Shown: piece by piece, positions 47,950-60,939 of the stretch
Layout: every line of letters begins with the position of its first letter
Numbering within the stretch: position 1 is the first letter of the stretch
NCBI GenBank assembly: GCA_964187785.1
Contig: OZ076409.1
Coordinates: 59,768,001 to 59,832,000, forward strand
DNA: 64,000 bases
Reading direction: 5' to 3'
Source of the DNA: Amphiscolops sp. MND2022
Lineage: Eukaryota
The notes under the pieces: generated by a model
What the model was told of the DNA's origin: nothing
The model's database searches: none
What the model saw: the letters and a program-made list of their open reading frames with translations, nothing else
Program-made: the position numbers and the translations under genes

Positions 47950-49985
47950 ACCAATCATTTTTCAAATAATTTTGCGCGTAGTCACCAAAAACGTCAAAAT
48001 TTGGAAAGCTTTAATTTTTCGACAATTTTGTGGTCATTTGAGGCACTTTTCTAAAACAAATTGCAGATGTCTCTTCAAAAACGCCTATTGTATTCCGGGT
48101 TCGGTCGTTGTTGAATTAGGAAATTGGTCGAAACGTTTTCAAAAAAATGAATAAACATTTCAAAAACAAGAAAGATGTGGTTTTTTCACCTATTCTATGT
48201 CGTTCCGACGAACGTTGAACATACAAAAATGTGAATTTCTTCATTTGAATATTCAACATGCCTATTTTAAACGTTTAGAGTTACCGAATATTACGAAAAT
48301 TTCGTAACTTTTAATAAAAAGTCACGAAATTGTCAAACAACTGCAAAATTTTTTTTCGACTAATTTGAGGTCATTTTGAGACTCTTTTCTAGCTAGAAAC
48401 TGCATTTAAAACTTCTAAACGCCTACTGGATAACGCAATTGTTCACTGTTGAACGTTTTCAAGTTTCCAACGATGGAAACTTTCCAAAAAACTCAAAACT
48501 TCAGATAAGAAACGTTGAATTTGGATTTCCGAGTGTTAGTTGCCTTTTTGGAGTGCTTTTGAAGCCACACACTGCACCTCTTTCTTCAAACTAGCATATT
48601 TTCAAAGAACCTACTCTGTTTTTGTTTGTTTGCCGTTGAAAGTCTATGTTGAGATTATGTTTTACCTAGAAAACAACGAAGATTTCTTTCAACAGATGTA
48701 CAGCATAGCTTGATGAATAGTTTGGAGCTTTGGGATTATCTATTTTACGAAAAGTTTTGGTTCGTTTTTGATGTTTTCCAAACACAAAACTGGAAATACC
48801 GCCCTCAAAAGCCAACTGGATATCAACTGCTTTTGTTGTTGAACCATTTTATGATTTTAACCCTCGGAAAGTCTCGAAAAGTTTACAAACTTTTCACAAA
48901 AACGTTTAAAAAGTTCCGTTTTTCTTATTTCCGACTCAAAGGGCTCGTTTTTAATTGTTTCTGGTGTGAACGACTGTATTTTCTTATCAAAAATGGACAT
49001 TGCATACCTAGTTTTTTCGGCTTTGTGTGTTGTGAACTTTCCAACTCACGGAAATTCTCGAAAATTGTGCTGAAATAACAAGAAAAAGCAAGATAAACTG
49101 AAAATTTTTAGAACTGAACCATTTTGGTGCCAACTTGAAACCGTTCCATCGGAAAACTGCGTTTATCCCTTCCGAAAGCCTACTGGACAACAAATTCTTT
49201 TGTTTTCGAGCGGTTTCAGATTTCCAATCCATGAAAACTTTGAAAACTTTAAAAGATTCGCGTTAAAAAATCAAACGAGTCATTGTGACAATTTTTTAAT
49301 ACATAACAGCATTTATCTTCCCGAACTACTCACTCTTGGACAGCAAATTCATTCGTTGGTAAACGTTTTAAACGTTCTGGTGCTTCCTTGAAAATTTGAC
49401 AAAAGTTGCAGAAAAACGTAATGAATTTGAAATTTTTAAAATTTTTTGTCGTTTTTGGTCGCAATTCGAGCTTTTTTCAACGGAAAACTGCATTTATTTC
49501 TTCACAAAAGCCTCCTGGTCAACTAATTTATTCCTTGTTGAACGTTTTCAACATTCTAAGCGGACAACTTTTTTGAAAATTAGCCAAAAATTGCATGAAA
49601 AGTTTGAAAATCTGAACGTTTTGAAATTTTTGTCAATTTCGTTCTGCATTTGAGGCATTTTTTTCAAAAAACTTGCACTTATTTCTTCGAAGAGACCTCT
49701 TGGACAATGAATTCTTTCCTTGTTGATTGTTTCCACTTTCTAAGCCAATAATCTATCAAAAATTTGACATACATTTCATGAAAACTTAAAGTCAAAAAAA
49801 TTGCCGCCAATCAAAAAAGTACAAAAAGCTCTACTAATGCATACTGCATGATACCTATTTTACGTCAGTTGAATTATATGGGTGAAAGCCTTTAACTTGG
49901 ATATAAATTTGAATATTGGAAATGTTTGTATAGAAAACCCGTTTGATTTAAATATTTTTTTTTCATTTGAATTATGGACGGCAAC
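47950..49985 (-). mobile_element. Reverse-oriented, more degenerate copy D of the DINE-1-like family (boundaries approximate)
   Basis: Reverse complement of the shared 5' block at ~49880-49985 and of the CTACTGGACAAC subunit core. Confidence 0.5.
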
Positions 49986-52394
49986 TAAAGGTGAAATTAC
50001 CTGTCAAAAACATGATGATCACATTTTGATACGTTTTTGAACTTATTCTCATGTTATTTCTGTATTTCTAATCTATCTTTGATATATGTTTAGATAATTT
50101 GACGTATATTTTTAGATCTCTTAATGATGGAATTGTATCCCAAAAGTACTCGCGAAATTCAGGCCTTTTCAACTGTGACAACGTTGTTTTTATATAAGGA
50201 TCACATATGAGCGTTTCAGAAACTATGAAAAAAGTCATAAAGTCAACAAAAATTACCAGTGATAATGAAGAATTCAGAAGAACTTAAATATGAACATAAT
50301 TGAATATAGTATATATTTGAATTCCACAAATTTGGGTCCCCTTTAAGTGTTTTGAACTTATGAAACAACGTGGAAGGGAAAAAACTCAAGGGGTGCCTTT
50401 CTCAGTTGAGACTGCTGGTACTTTTTACATGATGCAGGTCTGGGTGAATGGTAACTTTCATAAAATCTACGAAGTTCAGTCAGCTCCCAGTTTCAAACTT
50501 TGTAGGATTACACTACATTTTCCGCTGATTAATGTTTTTCGCTTCGTTACCGACACGATGACGTTGTTTTCGAGCTTTAATTTCTGAACAGCTTCATCTG
50601 ATGTAATCACTGCTTCTCAAATAGTACGCTGAAGATAAAGCTAGCTGGTAGTTTATGCTGTGAAGGATGTCAGTTTGTATTGAAATTGCGGTACCATTGT
50701 GGTTTAGAATTTAAAAAATCAAGTTCTTTCAAGAATTTTTAGCAAACTTCCAAAACATGTCAAACGTTCAAGCGGATTTGAAAAACAGATCCTGAACAGA
50801 AGTACGTGACTGACTTTGCGCTTTTTAAACCTTGAACGGGGCACCGATTTGGCTAGTTTACCCCAACCAGCACTATGACAATGGACTTTTTCGAGCGTCT
50901 GATTTCGGACAAGCGGCATGATGGCTCCTTTAAATATATAATTTCTTTTCCAGCATTTTCAGGGTTCTTCTACAGATTTTTTTCCCCAGCACTTTTACAG
51001 AATTTCGCAGGGTCACCTCTTTGGTTTTAAAAGTGTTTTCAGTTGAGCAAAAGTCTTTCGAACTTGAAGGGTCCTCAAAATGTTCCTTAAAATCCATAAG
51101 CATGCATTTTGAGCCTTGAATGTTGCACCGGCTTATGACGTTCCTGTTTTATCCTTAGTTGAGCTGATGTCACTCGCGTTGTTTGTTGTGGGAATGAATT
51201 ATGGATAGGAGGAAATGAATATAAAGGGAATTCAATCAAATACGTAAGCAAAAGAGTTATAAGAGACTTTTATATACAGGTTGTACATGTACAAACTTGA
51301 AAAATCAACCGATCTATTTTGAAATCTTCCAGGTTTGTTTTCGAAGGAACTCCGTCTGATCTGAAGAGGCCTAATGGACTTTTAATCGAAAATTGTGTTT
51401 CCAATTTTAGTAAGCGTCATAACATTTTACAACTCGTTTTATTGCAGCGCTACGAGGTTTGGTAAATACAATGGAATTTATGACGCAAGCAATCTACTTA
51501 GTGTTGAGGTAGTTTCTCGCATGAAGTGGCATACTTATACTTCGAAATTAGTTTTTTCTCTAAGTTTCGGTTTCAGCAATGACAGAACCGCCTCCATAGA
51601 AAGTCTAAAGCTCAGCAATTTTGCTCCATTTTGTTCTGCTTATGCCAGCGGTCAACTTTCCGACTACTTTACTTGAGCTTGCATTAGAGCACAATTCAAC
51701 CTTGAAATTCCTGTACGCATGTTTCAGTTGCCTATGTTTGAACTGGAGCGTCGACTCTAATAACGTTTCGATTTTTAATCTTTTTTCAAAAGAATAAACT
51801 GTGTTTTGCCTATAATTTTTCAACATCAATGGTTTTTATTTATTCAACTACAACAAGTCGCCTCCCAAAAACATCGCGAAATGGAGGAAACTACGCGAAC
51901 TCTTTATTTTCTCTTGGCCCATTTTCAACTCAAGAAACAAACCTGCTTCTCTTCCTTGAGTATAACGGCACCCAGATCCAATACATTTTATGCATTTCCA
52001 TGCATGGAATCATACGGTGCCATACAATAATAACATGCACTGTAAGCAGCGGATTCCACGATTCCGAGCTGACCAATGCAGCGGATTCCGCGATTTTGCC
52101 TCATCGTCAACTGAAATCGCGAGAAATTATACACTGCGGTATTAGTCCCTGAATTCCGCGCGGCGAATTTCGCTCTTTGCGGTTGGTATAAGCTTGGCCC
52201 AGGATTCCACTGCTCAAGCGGCTCAACTTTGAGCTGCACAAAAAGTGTAGGGTTATGCGTCGTAATGCAGTTTCAATGCATGGAACAATGACTTAAGTTA
52301 TACAATTGCGTGCTCGGTACAACTGCGAAATGAACCTACAATTTGTCCCGATGATCACGAAAACCATCCGACGATGACCTTACGTGTTCATAAA

Positions 52395-53583
52395 GTATAG
52401 TTTGAATACTCCTAAAGTTTCTTTTTATAAAGCAAACATCTTACAGCTGCTGCAATGTTGTCCATCCATTTATTTTTTACTTAACGGAGAACCCAGGATG
52501 GAGAACCCAGAAGAACGATGCCAGGTGGCTGAATCGCACAGTCCCTCTAATTGAGAAGTTAAGAACACGCAAAAGGAAAAGTCCGTAAGAGATATTACTT
52601 CAAGAAGTGTAATTTCAGTGAATTGGGCTAGAGCTTATTGTCTGTTTTGGAAAATTCTTCCGGCCGCCGGAAAATTGATGCTTTTTATTGAGTATAATTT
52701 TCAAGGACAATGTACGAGTATGGATAATTGAGGCTCATATAGTTCAATTTCAAACTTTCCATTATGTACATACTGAAGTATCTGTTTTACAATAAACAAC
52801 GGAGCTGTGTTTCAAATGCCGGAAGAATTTTCCAAAACAGACAATAAGCTCTAGCCCAATTCACTGAAATTACACATCTTGAAGTAATATCTCTTACGGA
52901 CTTTTCCTTTTGCGTGTTCTTATCTTCTCAATTAGAGGGACTGTACGAATCAGCCACCTGGCATCGTTCTTCTGGGTTCTCCATCCTGGGTTCTCCGTTA
53001 AGTAAAAAATAAATGGATGGCTCAGGTCTTTTTCCTTCTGACTCGCTCCAATCCCAGTTATACGAATTTATTGAAATTGCACACAAACACCATACTATGG
53101 TGTAGAAAATGACTGGAAATTTTCGTTCGAATCGTATGGAAAGTTTTTGCAAAAATCAAAAAAAAGTAGAAAAATGGCTGTTTTTTGGCCATTTTTGGGA
53201 TAATGTTGGCTATGTTTCTCACATCCCAGCCATACGATTTTGATGCCATTGCACATCAAGGCCCATAATATGGTGTAGAATGACTGTAGAAAATTTTGTT
53301 CGAATCGTATGGGCAGTTTTTGAGAAATTTGAAATTTTCATGAAAAGGTCGGGACAAAAAAAAAACAAAAAAAACAGCACGATTGCATAAGTAGTCAAAA
53401 ATTTTTCCCGACTCCTAAAAATTGCAGCGGCTGTAAGATGTTTGCTTTATAAAAAGAAACTTTCTGAGTATTCAAACTATACATATATGTACATAATGGA
53501 AAGTTTGAAATTGAACTATATGAGCCTCAATTATCCATACTCTTACATTGTCCTTGAAAAGTATACTTAATAAAAAGCATCAA
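52395..53583. repeat. Mosaic of three inverted-repeat pairs (A/A', B/B', C/C')
   Basis: A 52395-52456 / A' 53421-53482; B 52462-52664 / B' 52818-53020; C ~52676-52771 / C' 53488-53583. Confidence 0.85.
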
Positions 53584-54672
53584 CTTTGGCAATTGGAGTA
53601 GTTTTTGACTCCATTATCATAACTATTATCTGGAAATTGCATTAGGTTTTTATGAAGCACCCGCCGTTTGGATCTGTAGAAACGCAGGCAAAGCGATGGA
53701 TGAGACATTTCCATTTATGTAATCGCTTGGAAATGTGTTGATGAATATGGTTCGATGTATGGAATTGAATGGAAGGCTCATGAGGCTTCCATGCATTTCC
53801 ATACACCGAACCATATCATCAACACGCATTCGAATATGGGCAACAATTAAAATCGCGCACAAAATGCTGGTTTATTGTCTCTATTCTATGTAGTGTTTTG
53901 TCAACTGTTTATTTTTGGTGTTTAAATTTCACAAAGTCCGACAAAAGTGACTTTTACAAAAACCATAACAATTAATTGAATCTTTTTACTAATGTTAGCA
54001 CCGCAAGCAACATCAAACTGGTTCTAAAATAGAAGTTGCTATTTTGGTGGTTTAAAATGGGTGATTAAGCAGCAGTTTGTCAATTTTGTTCTGAAGCATT
54101 TGCATTCGCTCTCGCAATTTCATGGAATTCCTGGAAAAAAATCTGTGCAATTTTTTTACCAAGATTACCACGAATAAATAGGATCCTCAACAAGATTTCC
54201 AAGAGTGTCAACCCTCCTTGTTTCATCATTGAGTCATTGTTTAATTGCTCAAGTATTTAAATGCAATAACTCAATGATAGTTTTTTCCAAAGAGTTTTGC
54301 TCAATTGCGCGTCGCACACATCGCACCTTTTCACACGATTTCACAACACGAGTTTCCAAGTAACCTACTTTTAACAGTTTATGTCTATAACGTTCAGACT
54401 CAATTTAGATTGAAATGTTTTTTTTTTCAAAACGGAATAATAAGCAAGGTAAGTATTCGTAAAAAGTGTCGGTGACTGATGTCAACAAAACCTTTTCTTA
54501 ATGACTACTGACTCTGAATCTTCACAGGTTTATGTTAGTTCAACTTCATAGTTAAAGGCCAACGGATTTCAATGCGAAATTCTACCCTTCCTACCAATGT
54601 CTTTCGACCGTTTGATTTCACTAAGTGATCCAGATTTAGTTTCTTTATCAGTGCAATGATTGGTTGACTCAC

Positions 54673-54870
54673 CAACGACCTTGAGTTTACACTCGGACAC
54701 AGCCTGACCATGGGGGTTTCTGGCTTTGCATGTATAAGTGGTTGCATCATCTAGTTTGATTCCTTTGATCTCCAGCATTTGAAGACCTGCATCTTCCAAC
54801 ATCTTGTGTTTATATCCGTTCCTCAAAGCCCGACCGTCTTTGCACCAAATAACTTCCGGTTTGGGCACAC
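54673..54870 (-). CDS. Host gene exon (Ig: GVPKPEVIWCKDG...DATTYTCKARNPHG)
   Basis: I-set motifs; phase 1 at both ends. Confidence 0.9.
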
Positions 54871-55233
54871 CTGGGCAGACAAAAATACGCTGAGGAAAGA
54901 CAAAAAACCCCGAGTACCATGAAGAAAAGAGAATAACGTCTCTAAGGAATACAAAGATGATCATTGATCAAAGATGTTCTACCCATTTATTTTCTAGATA
55001 TAAAACTTAACATTCATTGGGCAACATATGAAATTGAAGGATCCAAAAAGGATCCAGTTCAAAAAGGATCAGCTTTGTCGATTAATTGTATGTCAATACT
55101 TCGGTGGATCATTGTTGCAATAGAAACCCGGTGTTAGGAATGATTATTGCTAGTTAAATATCTTGTTTTTTTCAACATTTATTCTAGATGACATAGTTTA
55201 AAAGGTCAATGACCTATTCTTTATTGGCCTAAC

Positions 55234-55435
55234 CTCTGACCCTGCAGATGAGTGACACATCGTTGGCCATCTGTACACTGACATCAACCAGTTTGAGGGT
55301 GAACACGGGTGTTTGTGGCAGTTGCATCATCAACATGTTCAAATTCTCAGTGGCGGGTGTGGTTGGAGCCCCCTTAGAGGGAGACGAGGAAGGGTCCTGT
55401 TTTGATCCATCCTTCGGGGTGTCATCTGCAGTCAC
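55234..55435 (-). CDS. Host gene exon (linker + Ig N-part); acceptor position uncertain
   Basis: PVFTLKLVDVSV....VSLICRVRG, phase 1 GTTAG donor at 55233. Confidence 0.75.
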
Positions 55436-57234
55436 TTGGTCCCGAAACCTTCCGTTTGAAGAAAAAAATCAAAACTAGATTACAGAATTTATTGTAAAAG
55501 AAGCGAAGATGAAGTTTCCCGAAAATGTTCTTGCCCTAACAAAATGAAATCTTTACCCAAGAAGTGAAATTGTTTGAACTTTCCAAAGAACGCCAAATTT
55601 GATATAGAACTATGAACAGTTCTGGCTGCAAGAGGAAAGTAATTTTGCTCTTTACATGCGAGAAACTTTACCTGCGAACCAAAAAATCAAAAAATGTCTG
55701 AAAGGAAAAATATGCCTACTATGGTGACCCTCCAGCAAAAATGCATCTGGATCTTCAGCTTCAAAGTTCGGAAACACAAAACACTGTACTATTTGAGCTC
55801 CTTTGCCGGAAATTAGTTTGTATTTCTGATGCAGAGTTTAATAGGTATTCTTCGACAAATTTGCCTTTTTCTCCAGAATATTTTGCTCATGCTTTTTCAC
55901 AGTGTATTTCAACTATAGCCGAAACGATTCATCAAAAATAGTCTTAATTCAGTAATAGTTTGGCAGAGAAGGATCCAGCAAATCTTTCAAGAAATTTCTT
56001 CAATAAAAGGTTTCACATTGAATGCGATATGAACCTTTTTTTATGAAGAATTCTCTAAAATTCTTGCGGCATTCATTTTTATAATGTTTTTTTTTTGTTA
56101 TCAAGACTGTCCTTGTAAACTTTTTAACTCAAGAAAAACAATGATGATGATTTACCTGGAACGAACAAAATTTAAAGGTACACTACAGCCCTGTGATAAA
56201 CGAATGGAACCCTGCTTGAAAAAAGTTGATAATAATGCTTGGAACATTTCATTTTTCAGCCAACATCTCTTAAACTATTGATAATCAAGGAAAATTACTT
56301 TGATGAAAGTTTCTCGAAATTTAAACTACGTGTTTACATTGGTGTTTCTTTGAAACTTCTATGACAAATAATGGGAAAATTAGCTCTCAAAAGCTCTCTA
56401 TGTAAATTTTTGTTTGCAAACCAAGATTTCAATTTTTGTCCAATATACAAACTATTTTGTGTTAGTTTTTGTGCACATACAGGTTCATCGCTGTCCACTG
56501 ATTGCACAGTCAAACCTAGTATTTACACATCCGAAGAAAATCGACAGTCTCCGCTGAAATAAACCCGGTATTAAGATTGGGTATAAACTAAAGACTTATA
56601 GATTTGTGATTATCTTTTTACATGTACACGCTAAAAATTTTCAAATATAATCAGTCAAAAGGGGGCACCTTGAACAATATGAAACAGTAAATAATGACCA
56701 GCCTTCGTTCTTTATTTAGACTCTGCAACTGAATTTCCAATTTTACATACAAAAATTAATATTTGCAACTTTGTCTCATAGTAGTTTTAGGACAAAATCA
56801 AAGGAATGTAAACTAGACAAAGTTTCAAAAAACTTTTGTTTCAATCGTATTTTGGAAAATTTGTCAGTTTTTGAGAAATTCGCAAAATAACTAGGCATTC
56901 CAAACCTAAGCACCAAACACGGTTTCCGTTCTTTCATCACAGGACTGTAGTTTTTCAGAGCAATAAATGTCTGCAATTTAAGGACGTGACAATCTGAATA
57001 TCATGCTTTACCTTAGACAAGAAAAGCATTCAAGAATTTATTCATTCGAATAAAGCGAGATGGGAAATGGTTTGAAATTCTTGAAAGAATTTGAATTCAA
57101 GTTTAATGCGACCATAACCATAAAGCACACAAATTACTTTCAAACTTGACTTTGAAAACTCACTCCCTTGCGTATTTGAAAGTCTCGAAAAGTAAGAAAA
57201 AGAAGCATAGAAAAGAGAAAAGAGTAACAAAAGA

Positions 57235-57235
<1 letters not shown>

Positions 57236-57285
<50 letters not shown>
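57236..57285. repeat. (GA)n microsatellite
   Basis: Direct reading. Confidence 0.95.
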
Positions 57286-57289
<4 letters not shown>

Positions 57290-58333
57290 AACCATTAAAA
57301 CCAATAATGTTTTACCGGAACCTCCGACATCTAACTCTAAAACGTTATCTAAAACTGACCTTCATTTTTTGAAACAGGTTTAAATTGGCATTACCATGGT
57401 TTTGATGGATGTTTAAAGCAGAATTTTTATTCGAAAAAGGTTTCACGTTATGAATGAATTCTTCAGACCCCGAAGCTTTTGAAGTTTTCCTTTTATTACT
57501 GAGTTCAGGTGTTGATAGCCTTACTTATTGAAAAAATTTCATAAACCAAAACATATCAATGATATCATATTAATTTGACATCTATGATTAACTACTGCAC
57601 CGCATATGCTTATATAAGCATTTTTTGAACATTACCTTTTGTAACAAACCAAAATTCACCTGGGCATCTCAATCCCGTAGTTTTTGATCAAAATTCCTAA
57701 TCGAAGAAGACTCAAGTTTTCATACAAATGTAACTTAACAACCAAGGTGTTTCCGAAAATCTTGATTGCGGTGATAAAGTTTTCCATCATTAATTTCTAA
57801 TTACTGACTATCAGAGTGAAATACCCATACCTTGATTGAGAAAAAACTTACAGTTTCGGGGGAACAGAAGATTGCGTTGTTTTTTTCTCCCCGATGCTGT
57901 CTTTTTCTCTGGATTCCTTCATATCAGCTGAAACAGACCAGCATTGTGTACCAAATGAATTTATTTTGAATTTTCTAAATATTTTGACCAAATGAAAATG
58001 CTTAAGTCAGGGAACTGTTTAGGGCTTACACATAGAGAAATGCGACATAAGCTTGCTCTAAGTTGCTCCAGTGAAAAACCGTCCAGAAAATATAGACCCG
58101 AATGAACTTTGCTTTATCTGAAAATGAAAATGAGAACCTGTTGAAAATTTTAAAATGGCTGATAGCCAAGACAATTTTTTCAAGATGCGAAATGAATGAA
58201 TGAATACTGAAACTTGGACGAGAAAGTTGTGACAATAAAAAACAAACTTTTCGGTTCTTTTAACTATCATGACACAGCTCCTTGTACAACAATGCGAGGG
58301 AAAGATTTGACATACTTGAGTGCCATTGTGGTG

Positions 58334-58501
58334 CCTAAATGGTACGATATGAACAACGTAAACGTTGAAGGTTTTTGAACACGCAAACTCCAACACCGTT
58401 CAACGAGTTATTATCTTAAGATAATAACTCGTTGAACGGTGTTGGAGTTTGCGTGTTCAAAAACCTTCAACGTTTACGTTGTTCATATCGTACCATTTAG
58501 G
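58334..58501. repeat. Perfect 168-bp palindrome with no spacer
   Basis: 84-bp arms, exact reverse complements, centred on CTT|AAG (58417/58418). Confidence 0.95.
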
Positions 58502-59101
58502 TTGGTTTCAATAACATCATCGCTGGTTCCAGCTTCGGAGAAGTTGCATTAACACTTTTGTTTCAAGCATATCCAATTTCCATGGAGTTTTGTGCTCCAT
58601 TCGAAATCAATAGGTTGAAAAAAGTGGGAAGTGAAATATGATAAGTAGACTGATTGTTTTAATGTTGAAAAAATCTCCAAACGTTTACCTGAAGCGGCTC
58701 AAAAACTGAACGTTTTAAACTTGATTTTTGTTGTTTTTTGGTGAATATTCATTACTTCTGATTACTTCAAAAACAGTGAAAAAGTGGCAAGAAATGGTCA
58801 AAGATTGAAAGATTGTTCTTTTTGGTGTCATAAACAGAGGCACTTTTCCACCGAGACTTCTTGCAAACATCTCACAAATACACAAGCCACGATATGTATA
58901 TGCCGATATACAATGCCCATATGCTGCTATTTTATGGTAGCTTAATGCCGTGGGAGAACAAATATTAAAATGGAACATGGCAAGATTCGGAAAAAAACGC
59001 GAAATTAGCTCTTTTTCGTCCCATATTTAAACTTTGGGAACCGAAAACAAAGAACACGCAACCCATTAAGTTCATTTCTGCTAAATATGATATATTTATT
59101 G

Positions 59102-60711
59102 TTTTCCGCCCATATTCCATATGGGAAAGGAAAATATTTAAATCGAACGTTTTTTTTTACAAAATTTGCCAAGCACCAAAATTATATTTAACTTTAAAGG
59201 TGTTACCCATAGAATTCAACTCACATAATTTTATCTTCGTGCGATATGATATTTATTTGTGGAGATTTTTGGACTTTTTTAGTTGACCCCAAGGACCCCA
59301 GAATGACCCAGAAATGACCCCAAAAATGAGAAAATTTCTTGTCGATTTTTCGATAGATATCATGGATTAGAATGTTAAAAACGTTCAACAAGGCACAAAC
59401 TTGTTGTCTAATAGTCTTCTATGAAGAGATAATTGCTGTTTTCCGCAAGAAAAAATCTCAAACTGACACCGAAAACGAGAAAAAACATTCATGCAATTTT
59501 TGTCAAATGTTTTACAGACTTCGTGGATTGGAATGTTGAAAAGGGTCAACAAGGAAAGAATCTGTTGGTCAGTGTGTTTAGAGAAGAAATAAATGCAGTT
59601 GTTCAAATGAAAAATGTCTGGAATTGACATCGAAAAGAACAAAAATTGCAGAAACTTTCCAATTTTCACCATTTTTAAAAATTTTTATCAAACAAACGAT
59701 CCACTTCGTGGACGACAATGTTAAAACCACTAAAAATTTGGGACTACTTGTTGTTTCGGTGAGCTTTCGTCCAGAGATACGTTCACTTTGAAAAAGAAAA
59801 ATGCTCCAAATTGACCCTAAAATTCTCAAACTTTTTGTCGTTTTCGATGCAATTTCTGTACAATTTCCGATAGATTTCGGTATAAGTTCGAACAAACTCA
59901 ACAACAAAAGAAATAGGTATACAATAGTTTTTTAGCAGCGTTTCGTTTCAAAAACACTTCCGAATGACTCCAAATGAGTCGAAAAACTTCAACATCTTCG
60001 TTTTTGTGCAAGATGTGTACTTCTTGAATCGTTTTGAGAGTAAGAATATTGGCAATCGTTCAGCAAAGATTGAACTCATAATCCAGTAGGCTTTTAAAGA
60101 AAAATTCAGAGACTTCGGATAAACGATAAAAACTTCGAAAAGATCCAGGTGATAGAACTATGTCCACAGCACATTTTTCAAGAAGAAATTGTGATACTTC
60201 ATGGTAAAAAAAGTTTCCTCAGATTTACCCAAATTTTACAAACACTGAGAGTTTTCAAGTTTTTTTACTTTTTAGGAGGGTTTTCTACACAATTTGAGCT
60301 ACTTCCTTGCAGAGAATGGTTTTAAAAACTCAGCAAGGACTAATCCTGGTATCCAGTAGGCAGTTTTGAAAATGTAACTGCAATATTGTGTTGGAATTGG
60401 CCTCACCGCTAAAATCCAAGAAACAACGAAAATGCACGTTTATTGACGAAGTATTCCCAATTTTTGTTCAAACCACGAAAAATCCGGCAAAAACTATATC
60501 CAATGACCTGAGCTTGGGAACAATGAATTATTCAAAACGCAATTGGGGAAAAAGTGGGATGAAGTGCATGTGCTAAAATGAAAGAAAGCTTTCTTTTATT
60601 CGAACTTTTTTGCGATTTCGTAGTGCATTGGCTATTCTTGAGCCTCAAATTGATGTAGTTGTAGAACAGTTTGGGGCGGAAAATTTCTCGCTGCTCAGCG
60701 GGTGTCTTGTT
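59102..60711 (+). mobile_element. DINE-1/Helentron-like non-autonomous element, copy C
   Basis: 5' TTTTCCGCCC, 3' TTTGGGGCGGAAAA, stem-loop and terminal TCTTGTT. Confidence 0.7.
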
Positions 60712-60939
60712 CTGTATTTAAGGCAACATGGGGAAGAAGTCTGAAATGCTGCTATACTGCGTGCTGCTCATACAAGTCGTTTTTCGACTATGTTTGTACT
60801 TTAATCAGTGTTATTTTAAACTCACGTTTTTTTTACCATTGATATTTTGACAGTCATTATTTTGAAATTGCTTTCTTTGCGGCATTTTACTTGACAACCG
60901 AATTCTCATTTTAAAAGATTCGTGTCCAAAGCAACTTAC

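Noticed and set aside
52040-52220. Possible tRNA or SINE (GC-rich GCAGCGGATTCC repeats)
   Set aside because: No cloverleaf or A/B boxes could be built; only short local repeats.
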